A DNA stretch of 64,000 bases from Candidatus Latescibacterota bacterium. GTDB taxonomy: Bacteria; Latescibacterota; UBA2968; GCA-2709665. The notes beneath the pieces are model-generated. The model saw only the letters and a program-made list of their open reading frames with translations, did not search any database and was not told where the DNA came from. The position numbers and the translations under genes were made by a program. Of the stretch, positions 21,571 to 30,013 are shown piece after piece. The DNA is taken from assembly GCA_965219455.1 (NCBI GenBank), contig OZ244744.1, forward strand, positions 3,392,001-3,456,000, written 5' to 3'. Position 1 is the first letter of the stretch, and the number at the start of each line of letters is the position of its first letter.

Positions 21571-21872
21571 CCGTAGAACGAACTCAATTAGGCCAGGAAA
21601 TCGAGACCGCACTTGGGGAAGTACTCGCCCACGTGCGCGGCGAAATGGATCTTCCGTGCCGAATCGTGGATGACCCTACTGCGGAGAGGATTCGCGCCCT
21701 TCGCCACGGCATGAAGTTAAGCCGTGAGAAGTTCGCAAAGCGATTCGGTTTAGACGTGCGCGCAGTGCAGGATTGGGAACAAGGTCGTCGCGTTCCGGAT
21801 CGGGCAGCCCGCGTCCTGCTGACTGTCATCGACTGCGAACCGGAAGCTGTCGTTCGCGCGCTTGCCAGGTAA
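21567..21872 (+). CDS. HigA-like HTH antitoxin
   Basis: IRALR..M.LS...FA..FG.....QDWEQGRR.PD.AARVLL Xre HTH, toxin-first arrangement. Confidence 0.9.
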   Translation: MTVERTQLGQEIETALGEVLAHVRGEMDLPCRIVDDPTAERIRALRHGMKLSREKFAKRFGLDVRAVQDWEQGRRVPDRAARVLLTVIDCEPEAVVRALAR

Positions 21873-21967
21873 ACGTGTCAGCATAGAATTTCCGACTGCA
21901 TCCTACGGAATGTTTGATCCCGAATAAGATGTCTGAGCATTTGGACATCCTCGCCGGGAGATTGCTA

Positions 21968-22032
21968 TCTATGGGCAGCCTGCGAGGGCATATTGTTGAC
22001 GGCGCGACGGGCGAGCAGTCGCGCCGTCAACA
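21968..22032 (+). repeat. Degenerate copy 1 of the 5' end of the 30014 gene, ending in a 15-bp perfect inverted repeat
   Basis: tctatgggcagcctgcgagggcatattgttgacggcgcgacgggcgagcag vs tctatgggcatcttgcgagggcatataatcgacggcgcgaccggcgagcag (30011); IR TGTTGACGGCGCGAC (21994-22008)/GTCGCGCCGTCAACA (22018-22032). Confidence 0.85.
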
Positions 22033-22171
22033 CTCGACCGTGAGGGCATCGTCTTCAAGCAGGCACCCTACGACGTGAAGACAAGGAACTAAGTGGGGAT
22101 CATGTGCTTGGGCGTGGTTCATAATCGTCGTCATACCGTCGAAAATATGAGAGCGTTCAAGCGGAGGCTTC

Positions 22172-23524
22172 ATGAACGATAGAAATACATGGCGCATCCG
22201 CGACCCGGTCCATGGGCTGATTGTGTTCGGGGATGGAAACGACAAAGCCCAAAATGAGACGGACCAGATCGCGTGGCGTTTGCTCAATACACCCGAGTTC
22301 CAACGCCTGCGCCGAATCCGTCATTTGGGTTTCTCCGACCTGGTATATCCCGGCGCGACACATAGCCGTTTTGCACACGCTGTCGGCGTCTATCACACTG
22401 CGCGTCGAATCGTTGACGTAATCAGACGCCGTCTAAAGAACCAGGAGTTTGACGAGAACAGAACAAGGGTGGCGCTGTTGGCCGCACTACTGCACGATAT
22501 CGGGCATGGGCCTTTGAGTCACGTCTTCGAACATGCGGCTCAGGCCACGGGCTTGAGTAAACGCCATGAGGATTGGAGTGCGGAGATCCTCCTGGGCGAT
22601 ACGGAGGTCAAGAGCATATTGCAAGAGGTGGACACGGTGCTGCCGGGGGACATCAGCGCGCTAATTAAGGAGGAAGAGCCGAAGGACATCTACGCCACCA
22701 TTGTCTCCAGTCAGTTCGACGCCGACCGGCTCGACTACCTGCAGCGGGATCGCCTGATGACTGGAGTCGAGTTCGCGCATCTCGATTGTAGCTGGTTGCT
22801 TGATTGCCTTGAGGCCGGACCGGTTACTATTGAAATGGATGGACCGGTCGAAGTGGAGTGTCTGTATCTCAATTTCAAGGGTGTGCAGGTCGCGGAGGAG
22901 TACTTGCAAGCCCGTTTCCGCCTCTACAAGGCGGTCTATATGCACAAGACTACGAGGGGCGCTGAGAAAATGTTCGAGGCTTTGCTGAGGATCTGCATGA
23001 AGGATCTAAGAGAGGATAAATGGGTGCAACAGGATCCAGTGTTGAATTTTTTTATGTCCGAATCGTCTTCGTTGAGTTCGTATCTCAAGCTCGACGATGC
23101 CTCAGTTTGGGCCACCGTGGCGGCTCTTGCTTCTTCATCTCAAACTAACATTGCTGAGTTGGCAAGCCGTCTGCGTGACCGACGGCTTTACAAGTGTTTC
23201 GATATCGGCATTCGGGACAAGCCACAGGGCGATCTGTACACTCGCTCCCGGCGTAAATTGAGAGCTGATTACAAGGAATATGACAGCCTTCTATTAGACG
23301 ACGCGGAGGTCGTGTTCTACAGATGGTACGATTTTGACGATTCGTCGGCACTCAATAAAGTTTTGGTGAAAACACGCGCCGAGGATCAAGAACCGAAGGA
23401 CATTGCCAATGTGTCCCCCATCGTCCCTGCGCTTCGTGACGCGGAGCGTATTCAGCGGGTTTACGCACCGGATCAAAGCCAGATAGAGGAAATCAGTCAG
23501 ATTTTGAAGGAGGTCAATCCATGA
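22172..23524 (+). CDS. HD-domain phosphohydrolase, SAMHD1/YwfO-like dNTPase family
   Basis: RDPVHG, EFQRLRRI..LG, YPGATHSRF.H, LLHDIGHGP.SH.FE, DADRLDYL.RD, VY.HK. Confidence 0.9.
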   Translation: MNDRNTWRIRDPVHGLIVFGDGNDKAQNETDQIAWRLLNTPEFQRLRRIRHLGFSDLVYPGATHSRFAHAVGVYHTARRIVDVIRRRLKNQEFDENRTRVALLAALLHDIGHGPLSHVFEHAAQATGLSKRHEDWSAEILLGDTEVKSILQEVDTVLPGDISALIKEEEPKDIYATIVSSQFDADRLDYLQRDRLMTGVEFAHLDCSWLLDCLEAGPVTIEMDGPVEVECLYLNFKGVQVAEEYLQARFRLYKAVYMHKTTRGAEKMFEALLRICMKDLREDKWVQQDPVLNFFMSESSSLSSYLKLDDASVWATVAALASSSQTNIAELASRLRDRRLYKCFDIGIRDKPQGDLYTRSRRKLRADYKEYDSLLLDDAEVVFYRWYDFDDSSALNKVLVKTRAEDQEPKDIANVSPIVPALRDAERIQRVYAPDQSQIEEISQILKEVNP

Positions 23525-24054
23525 ATGCCAGAGACGTCGTGGTCAATTTGGTTAAACTGAACGGACGGGAACTGAACGGCCAGACACGGCTGCAGAGAGA
23601 AGCCTACCTTCTGGATCGTTGCGGGGCGAAATTTGAGCTCTCGTTTGCGTATCACTATAGCGGTCCTTACTCCTTTGAGCTTGCCAATGGATGGGAGGAC
23701 GCAAAGGCCGAAGGTCGGATTGAAGTCGAGGAAAAGCTCGGCCGGTACGATGTCTCGTATTTGAGTTTTAAACAGAAAGAGTCTGATGACGATCCGGACA
23801 ACCTGGGTGAGCTGTCGGCTGCCGATGCCCGTGAACGATTACAGAAGATGGCGGAGGCATCGGATACCGTTTTGGAGCTCGCGGCTGCCATTGTCTATCT
23901 GAGGAGAGAGGGATACGCTGAACGGGCCATCGAAGAGTTGAAAATGCGCAAGCCTCTCAAAGCGACGGGTGGACGGATCGACAAAGCCAGGGCTCTGCTG
24001 CGCGACCTCGGCCTCGAAGAAGACGCCACGCTTTCAGACTCGCCGTTGTCATAA
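23521..24054 (+). CDS. YwgA/SocA-like winged-helix partner protein
   Basis: G.TRLQ..AYL...F.YHY.GPYS.EL motif and LELAA; translationally coupled (ATGA) to the HD gene. Confidence 0.6.
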   Translation: MNARDVVVNLVKLNGRELNGQTRLQREAYLLDRCGAKFELSFAYHYSGPYSFELANGWEDAKAEGRIEVEEKLGRYDVSYLSFKQKESDDDPDNLGELSAADARERLQKMAEASDTVLELAAAIVYLRREGYAERAIEELKMRKPLKATGGRIDKARALLRDLGLEEDATLSDSPLS

Positions 24055-24076
24055 AGGGAGTTAACGGACCTGATCC

Positions 24077-24781
24077 ATGCAGCTGAAACGATATCAAGCC
24101 GACACGCTCTCCGTTCTGCGCCGATTTTTTGAGGAGGCGCGAGTCGCCGGACCCAAGAACGCCTACGAGGCGATAACAAGAGAACCGGAACAGGCCGGGC
24201 GGCTTGGGGGCTACGCCGGAGCTTATGTGCCGTTAATAGAATTGCCGGAGGTTCCCTACGTCTGCCTGCGCCTGCCCACCGGCGGGGGCAAGACGATCCT
24301 CGCCGCTCATGCCGTATCCGTTGTGCGCAATGCGTGGGTTGAGAAGGACTATCCACTGGTGCTTTGGCTGGTACCGACGAATACCATTCGGAGGCAGACG
24401 GTCGACGCGCTGAAAAGCCCCCGCCATGCTTATCGACAGGTGTTGGACGAGGCCTTTGAAGGTAGGGTGCGTATATTTGACATTGCGGATTTCACGCACA
24501 TCCGACCGCACGATATCCGCGATCAGTGCTGCATTGTTATTGGCACGATCCAGACGCTGAGGGTGAAGAGCACCGAGGGACGCAAGGTCTACGCGCACAA
24601 CGAGGAAATGGAACCGCATTTCTCTGCCGTGCGACGGACCTCAACGGGCCTGGAGATGTTGGAAAACGGGGCCGTAGCCGCCCGCGCCGCGTTGTCAAAA
24701 AAGGCGCGGGATGACGTCGAGTACATCCGTCCCATCGTTCTGTTTCAGGTACTGGTTCAGTGTCGAGGGGTGAGTTCCTGA
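24077..24781 (+). pseudogene. Type III restriction (Res)-like SF2 helicase, internally deleted and truncated
   Basis: LK.YQ Q-motif, PYVCLRLPTGGGKT Walker A, LWLVP; no DEAH Walker B; jumps to YIRPIVLFQ and stops at 234 aa. Confidence 0.8.
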
Positions 24782-25083
24782 CCGGAGAGCGAGAGTGTGA
24801 CGAGAGAAGCAGTAGACGCCGGCGAGAATAGAAATCGGAGACATTAGTAGACGGTAGACTTTGGACTTGGAGGAATCGACAGGGAACAGGATCGGGTTAG
24901 GCCCTGTTCAGAATCTGTCAAAGCGGGCGGCGTGCCGTCGCAGAAATATCCATCCAGTCAGTGAAAGGAACTCTACCAGTCTGAGAATAACATATATGGC
25001 ACCCGGCCGCGTGGAACATTTTTTCGAATTTTTCTCTGGAAGCCTGTGGACTGGATCGACCCTCCTGAGGGCATCTTCGGCGT

Positions 25084-27933
25084 TTACTGAGGCGCGAGAT
25101 ATCGGTCTCCGTTGAAATGAATTAGATGGTCCGGTATTTCTGATAGCCAAACTTCCGTCTCCCATGCAATTTCGACGATGAAATTCTTGAATACCGTGAA
25201 GTCAGGAAACGCACTGACGTATACTCGCTTCGCAGTGCAAGTTTTGAACGTCTCCTCCAATTCGATATGGCGTTTTGGAGACACTGGACCGTGAGAAGTG
25301 ACGGCTTCAATTAAATACAGCCGGTTCCGCTTTTCTTCAAATAAAACTATATCTGGTAGCTTGTCGTGGCTTGGAATAGGTAAACCAAGCTCCTCGAAGG
25401 TCTCCTGATTTACAATCAACGCCTTATCCTCTGCATCGCCAAGGTAGAGAAGTTGGGCTCCCGGGGCGAATCGTGGTCCGAATTCCTCAACAACGGCAGC
25501 TTGTAATTCGTTGTGTGGACCGGGCGATAGATGAAACGCTTCGCCGCTTGGCAATTGCAAAGGCACCCGGTGCTGATCTCGACGTTTCTGATAAATCTCG
25601 AATAGTGAGCCCTTTGCTTCATTGAATGATGCAATCGCTTGTTGCCACATTTCGGTACGATACGCTATAATAGTCCGGATCGCGGATTCAGATAACGCAT
25701 AATGGGTGCGCGGACTGTTTGTCGGTAGGGTAGGGTCATCAGGGTTTCGAACGACAAGGCCTGCCTGTTCAAATTGATGAATGACCTGACGACGAATCGT
25801 CTCTCGGGTATTCTCCGCATATTCGCGATTGTATCTGTCCTTGATGTTTTCTAATATATCGTGTATGCGCAAACTATGGCATTTCGCGTCAGTCCAGGGC
25901 GTTTCTTCAGAAAGTTGTGCCAACACAAGCAATGTCAGAGCCGCTATTTCGTTTTGTTGTGCGGGAGGTAGACCTAAAGATTTCAATACCTCCTGAGCCT
26001 CCTGTATTTTTCCGTTCGCCATGCGGGTTTCCTTTATTGTCGGGAAATCTCTCGGAATACATCCAGTTTCTCTCAAGGTGGGAAAAACCAGGCGGTCTAT
26101 ATCCACGCCTGTTTCTGATATATCAGTTGACCGAACCTGTTCTCCAATTCGCCTGATGACTGTTCGAGGCGGAAGTGGCAATGCGCGTAATTCCATTGCG
26201 TTTACCTGGGTATTTCCATTTGAAATGCGGAAGTACCGATCCAATAGCGCACTGTTGAAGATAGCTGATAGTCCAAGCGTCTCCTCATCATCGAGTTCCT
26301 CGTTCTTTTTGTAAATGTAATTGAGATGATTCTCCAGCCCAATCCTTTTGTGTGTAAATTGGTCTCTCAGAAAGGGCGCGGCAATTAGACGACGCGGTTC
26401 TTCCTTTGCGCTAAACCTGCGAAGCAGGACGTAGTTGGAAACCGGAACGGACAGATCGTGAGTGGCTTCACCGAGACGGATGCTCTGCGGCTTGTTACCT
26501 TTCGTCGCCGGCCATTCAACTTTTCGGTGTCGGATGTTGCGCATCCATAGAAGCGGGATTGCTTCGTTCTGTTCAACTGCACCTTCATCCGCGAGATATT
26601 GTCGAGCGCGGAAGGCAACGACCGGACCTGTTGAGACTTCCAGACCGTATTCCTGCAACGTGGCTGGCCAGCTATCCACGATATCAATGACCTGTTCGTC
26701 AAATTCGCTCGTCGGTAATCTGAAGTTCAGCTTGTTCTTGTACTCCCGAATGAAATGCTTCATCGATACCATACGGGATTTTGTTTCGCCTAAATCCAGC
26801 GCATTTTTGGATGATGATATCTTAATAAATATAGGTTCGGGTAACTTCCTGTCCTGCAATCTTCGGTAAGTAATAATAACATTTTCCTGAAGGACAGAAT
26901 CTTTACTAAACGTCTCGTGGCGCGACTCAAATAAGTGAAGTGACAGAGGGAGCGTTTGGCTGATAAACTCCCGCCTGAATGAGGAAAAGTAAGCGCCGGA
27001 ACAGAAGCTTCGTGGGACGATAAAACATGCGCACCCCAGGGGCGCAAGCATTCTTGCTGAGAGTGCCATGAACAGGGTGTAGATATTCGAATGTCCTTTA
27101 ATTTGGCCGGCCACTGCTTTCACGCGAGGGTCGTCGCTATTGAGTTTGAAATAGGGTGGATTCGCGATAATCTTGTCGTATAGTAATCGTTTTCTCGGTT
27201 CACCGGTTTTGTCAGCTTCGAAGAGTGAAGGCTGAGAAGAAGGGATGCAATCGAAGATGAAATCGCGATTATGTACCTGTGCGTGAACCGTAATGCCCTT
27301 TTCTTGAGCACGTCTTGTTGCCTTTTCAAGTGCCTCGCGAGCTACTTCAACTAAGTCTTTGTCGATTTCATATCCGTCGATCCATAGCTCTATTGGGCGT
27401 CCTTCAATTATGGTGCGCTCAATAAGGGCACATGCGAGAACGCCGGAACCAATGGATGGATCGAGCAACCGTTCCCCGTTTCGCACCGGTCCGAGTTGCC
27501 TGGCCATAAAACGGCCGACCAGATCGGGCGTAAGGAATTGTCCGTTTCGCTTTCGGTATGCTTCAGGCCTTTCTGATAGCGTGTTTTCGCCCATCTTAAG
27601 ACTGAAATCTACTAAGTCCGGCAAACCATAGGGTGCGACCGTCTCTGCAACGGACATGGTAGATACACGATGCAGGACGGATGTGGCATATTCAGGATCC
27701 TTTCTTATAAACGCCTTCATCGCTTTCGTTAGCCTACCCGAACGAAGCAACAGTTCGTCAGGATCGCATTCCAAAACCCGGGTCAGCCGTACGATTAACG
27801 ATTCAGATGGCAGGATTTTTCCTGCCTCGATTCGTGAGAAGTGAGCAGGATCAACTCCTACAGCAGATGAGAGTGAACGTAAGCTTATATTATTCTTCAT
27901 TCTAAGCGAACGCATGTATTCGCCAAATTCCAT
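25084..27933 (-). CDS. Fused Xre-HTH + N6-adenine methyltransferase + BsuBI/PstI-family restriction endonuclease
   Basis: N-terminal HTH (LR..LS...GVDPAHFSRIE.G); MTase GQFLTP, LDPSIGSG, ANPPY, FIVPRSFCSG.YF, STGPVV, GLENHLNY, GNTQVNA; REase from aa 638: YAENTRETIRRQ..HQF, NSP.T.Y, LSPG.HN.LQ, K.PD, IEAVTSHGP, IAWETEVW, H.IHFNG. Confidence 0.92.
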   Translation of the reverse strand: MEFGEYMRSLRMKNNISLRSLSSAVGVDPAHFSRIEAGKILPSESLIVRLTRVLECDPDELLLRSGRLTKAMKAFIRKDPEYATSVLHRVSTMSVAETVAPYGLPDLVDFSLKMGENTLSERPEAYRKRNGQFLTPDLVGRFMARQLGPVRNGERLLDPSIGSGVLACALIERTIIEGRPIELWIDGYEIDKDLVEVAREALEKATRRAQEKGITVHAQVHNRDFIFDCIPSSQPSLFEADKTGEPRKRLLYDKIIANPPYFKLNSDDPRVKAVAGQIKGHSNIYTLFMALSARMLAPLGCACFIVPRSFCSGAYFSSFRREFISQTLPLSLHLFESRHETFSKDSVLQENVIITYRRLQDRKLPEPIFIKISSSKNALDLGETKSRMVSMKHFIREYKNKLNFRLPTSEFDEQVIDIVDSWPATLQEYGLEVSTGPVVAFRARQYLADEGAVEQNEAIPLLWMRNIRHRKVEWPATKGNKPQSIRLGEATHDLSVPVSNYVLLRRFSAKEEPRRLIAAPFLRDQFTHKRIGLENHLNYIYKKNEELDDEETLGLSAIFNSALLDRYFRISNGNTQVNAMELRALPLPPRTVIRRIGEQVRSTDISETGVDIDRLVFPTLRETGCIPRDFPTIKETRMANGKIQEAQEVLKSLGLPPAQQNEIAALTLLVLAQLSEETPWTDAKCHSLRIHDILENIKDRYNREYAENTRETIRRQVIHQFEQAGLVVRNPDDPTLPTNSPRTHYALSESAIRTIIAYRTEMWQQAIASFNEAKGSLFEIYQKRRDQHRVPLQLPSGEAFHLSPGPHNELQAAVVEEFGPRFAPGAQLLYLGDAEDKALIVNQETFEELGLPIPSHDKLPDIVLFEEKRNRLYLIEAVTSHGPVSPKRHIELEETFKTCTAKRVYVSAFPDFTVFKNFIVEIAWETEVWLSEIPDHLIHFNGDRYLAPQ

Positions 27934-27993
27934 TTTTTCCCTTCGTTAATAAAATTCGCACCGAAATATGATTTATTCGTCACGGCCTCTGCT

Positions 27994-28026
27994 AATATAT
28001 TCGCCGTTGATCGATTTGTCAACGGC
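27994..28026 (-). promoter_or_regulatory. Sigma70 promoter of the RM fusion overlapped by an inverted repeat (candidate operator)
   Basis: Minus strand TTGACA(28022-28017)-N17-TATATT(27999-27994); IR GCCGTTGA-N8-TCAACGGC at 28003-28026. Confidence 0.7.
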
Positions 28027-28201
28027 ATATGTACGGTTCGTTCGGATATTAGGCCGCCTTGAAACTTAGCTTGAAAAATCGGATTTGTTCGAGTTTCTTG
28101 AATTGGAATATGTATGTATATTTCAAGCCAAGTGTGGTCTATTCCACAACTTGAACCGCCCCTCTCACCAAGTAGTCATTCCGAACGTGTGCGCACAGCC
28201 G

Positions 28202-28331
28202 CCCGGGGTTCTTTATGGTCATCTTGCGAGGGCCTATTGTTGACGGCGGGGCGGGCGAGCAGATCGACGCCAGGACCCACGTCCTGACATCCGATGGCCG
28301 TCTTACGCATCCACGCGAGACCATGCTCAAG
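28202..28331 (+). pseudogene. Degenerate copy 2 of the 5' end (39 codons) of the 30014 gene
   Basis: MVILRGPIVDGGAGEQIDARTHVLTSDGRLTHPRETMLK vs MGILRGHIIDGATGEQISAKVHVLSSDGRFTHPREAVLK, including upstream RBS region. Confidence 0.9.
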
Positions 28332-28349
28332 GAATACCTCGTCCACAAT

Positions 28350-28521
28350 CTTGAAAAGGTGGAGCAGACATTCCTGTCTGCTCAAAGACATCAAATCGAA
28401 ACATCAGAATCCTGCGTCCGGGCACGCCGCGAATCGCCGCCATCTTCCCAAACTCACGGGCGCTTCCGGGACTTTCCGGCTCGATAAGCCACAGTGCGGG
28501 GATGGCGTTGATTGATTCGCG
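28350..28521. mobile_element. Short REP/RAYT-derived element (related to 48072-48443)
   Basis: REP-like palindrome aaggtggagcagacattcctgtctgctc (28356-28383), about 100 bp similar to 48072-48172, and shared tail ggctcga.aagcca..gtgc...tgattgattcgcg. Confidence 0.7.
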
Positions 28522-28607
28522 AAAAAAGCAGCCAACGGTGACGATTTATGTATTAATCAGGCTGGTAAGCCGATGGGTCCACATTCAGCGAATGAACGAG
28601 GTGTCCG

Positions 28608-29771
28608 ATGAAAAAACGCTATACGTTTCATTTTACCCTCTCGTTTGTTTGTGTCCTGTTGGTGCAGAACAGCGTCGCTCAAGACAATAACCCCGTCAGT
28701 TTTCCCGAAGGCGGCACTACACTGCGTGGGCATGCGGGGGGTGTATTATCCGTGTCGTTTTCGCCGGACGGAAGGACCTTGGCCAGCGGGAGTATCGACG
28801 CGACGATTCGGTTGTGGGATGTGTCCAGCGGCCGGGAGAGGGCCATACTCACCGGGCATACGTGGCGGGTCCGTTCCGTTGCGTTCTCACCGGATGGGAG
28901 AACCCTGGCCAGTGGGAGCTATGACGCTACGGTTCGATTGTGGGACGTGGAAAGCGGTCTGGAGAAGATCAGGTTCACGGCGCATACGTGGCATGTCAAT
29001 TCCGTCGCGTTCTCGCCGAATGGGAGTACTCTCGCCAGTGGGAGTTCTGACCTTCGACTGTGGGATGTGTCCAGCGGACAGGAGAAGGCGGCGCTTCAGG
29101 GTAATATGTGGCCTGCTTTCTGCTTGTCGTTCTCGCCGGACGGCAGAATTCTCATCGGTTACATGGTTGACATCATCTTGTGGGACGTGGCCAGCGGTCT
29201 GCAGAAGGCGAGATGGCATGCGCCCAGTGGCAGATCCATCAGTTCGTTGTCGTTCTCGCCGGACGGGGGCACTCTCGCAAGCGGGGGCCATGATGCTACG
29301 GTTCGATTGTGGGATGTGGAAAGCGGCCAACAAAAAGCCACGTTCCGAAGGTATTCGGGTGCTATACTTTCCGTGTCGTTCTCACCGGATGGGAGTATTC
29401 TCGCCAGCGGAGGTGAAGACCATACGGTTCGATTGTGGGACGTGGAAAGCGGTCAGGAGAAGGCTACATTGCAAGGGCATTTGGCGCCTGTCCGTACCGT
29501 TCAGTTCTCGCAGAACGGGAGGATTCTGGCCAGTGGGAGTGACGACGCCACGATTCTGCTGTGGGATATGTCACCGTACATTACACCACAAACCGCCAAT
29601 GCGGACTTCGATGGCAATGGCACCGTTGACTTCGCCGACTTTTTGGAGTTTGCCGCGAGCTTCGGGTTGAATCACGGCGATGCGGGGTATGATACGGCGT
29701 TTGATCTGGACGGGGATGGCGCCATTGGATTCGGCGATTTTCTGATCTTTGCCAGGGCCTTCGGCGGTTAG
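28608..29771 (+). CDS. Secreted 7-blade WD40 protein with C-terminal paired EF-hand/dockerin-like module
   Basis: Signal peptide; seven GH..V.SV.FSPDG.TLASG..D...LWD repeats; DFDGNGTVDFADFL and DLDGDGAIGFGDFL. Confidence 0.92.
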   Translation: MKKRYTFHFTLSFVCVLLVQNSVAQDNNPVSFPEGGTTLRGHAGGVLSVSFSPDGRTLASGSIDATIRLWDVSSGRERAILTGHTWRVRSVAFSPDGRTLASGSYDATVRLWDVESGLEKIRFTAHTWHVNSVAFSPNGSTLASGSSDLRLWDVSSGQEKAALQGNMWPAFCLSFSPDGRILIGYMVDIILWDVASGLQKARWHAPSGRSISSLSFSPDGGTLASGGHDATVRLWDVESGQQKATFRRYSGAILSVSFSPDGSILASGGEDHTVRLWDVESGQEKATLQGHLAPVRTVQFSQNGRILASGSDDATILLWDMSPYITPQTANADFDGNGTVDFADFLEFAASFGLNHGDAGYDTAFDLDGDGAIGFGDFLIFARAFGG

Positions 29772-30013
29772 GCGGGCATGCGGGAAACAAACTCAACCAG
29801 GTACGCATTTCTCGGCGGACGACGGCTGCATCGCAATTTTCGCGAAGACAATTGACTCCATTTGTGTGCGAATTGCTTGAAGGGGAGGAAATCCGTCATA
29901 CGTCAATACGGAAGTTTGGCCTATCTTGTCTCGTGACGTAACCATCCGGCGTATCGCCTGACACGAGAAAAATCACTCTGAGATCAACCACATACCACCA
30001 CCCGGAGTTCTCT

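Noticed and set aside
28720-29570. CRISPR-like or DGR-like DNA repeats
   Set aside because: Repeats are in-frame WD40 coding units; no cas or reverse transcriptase gene in the window.
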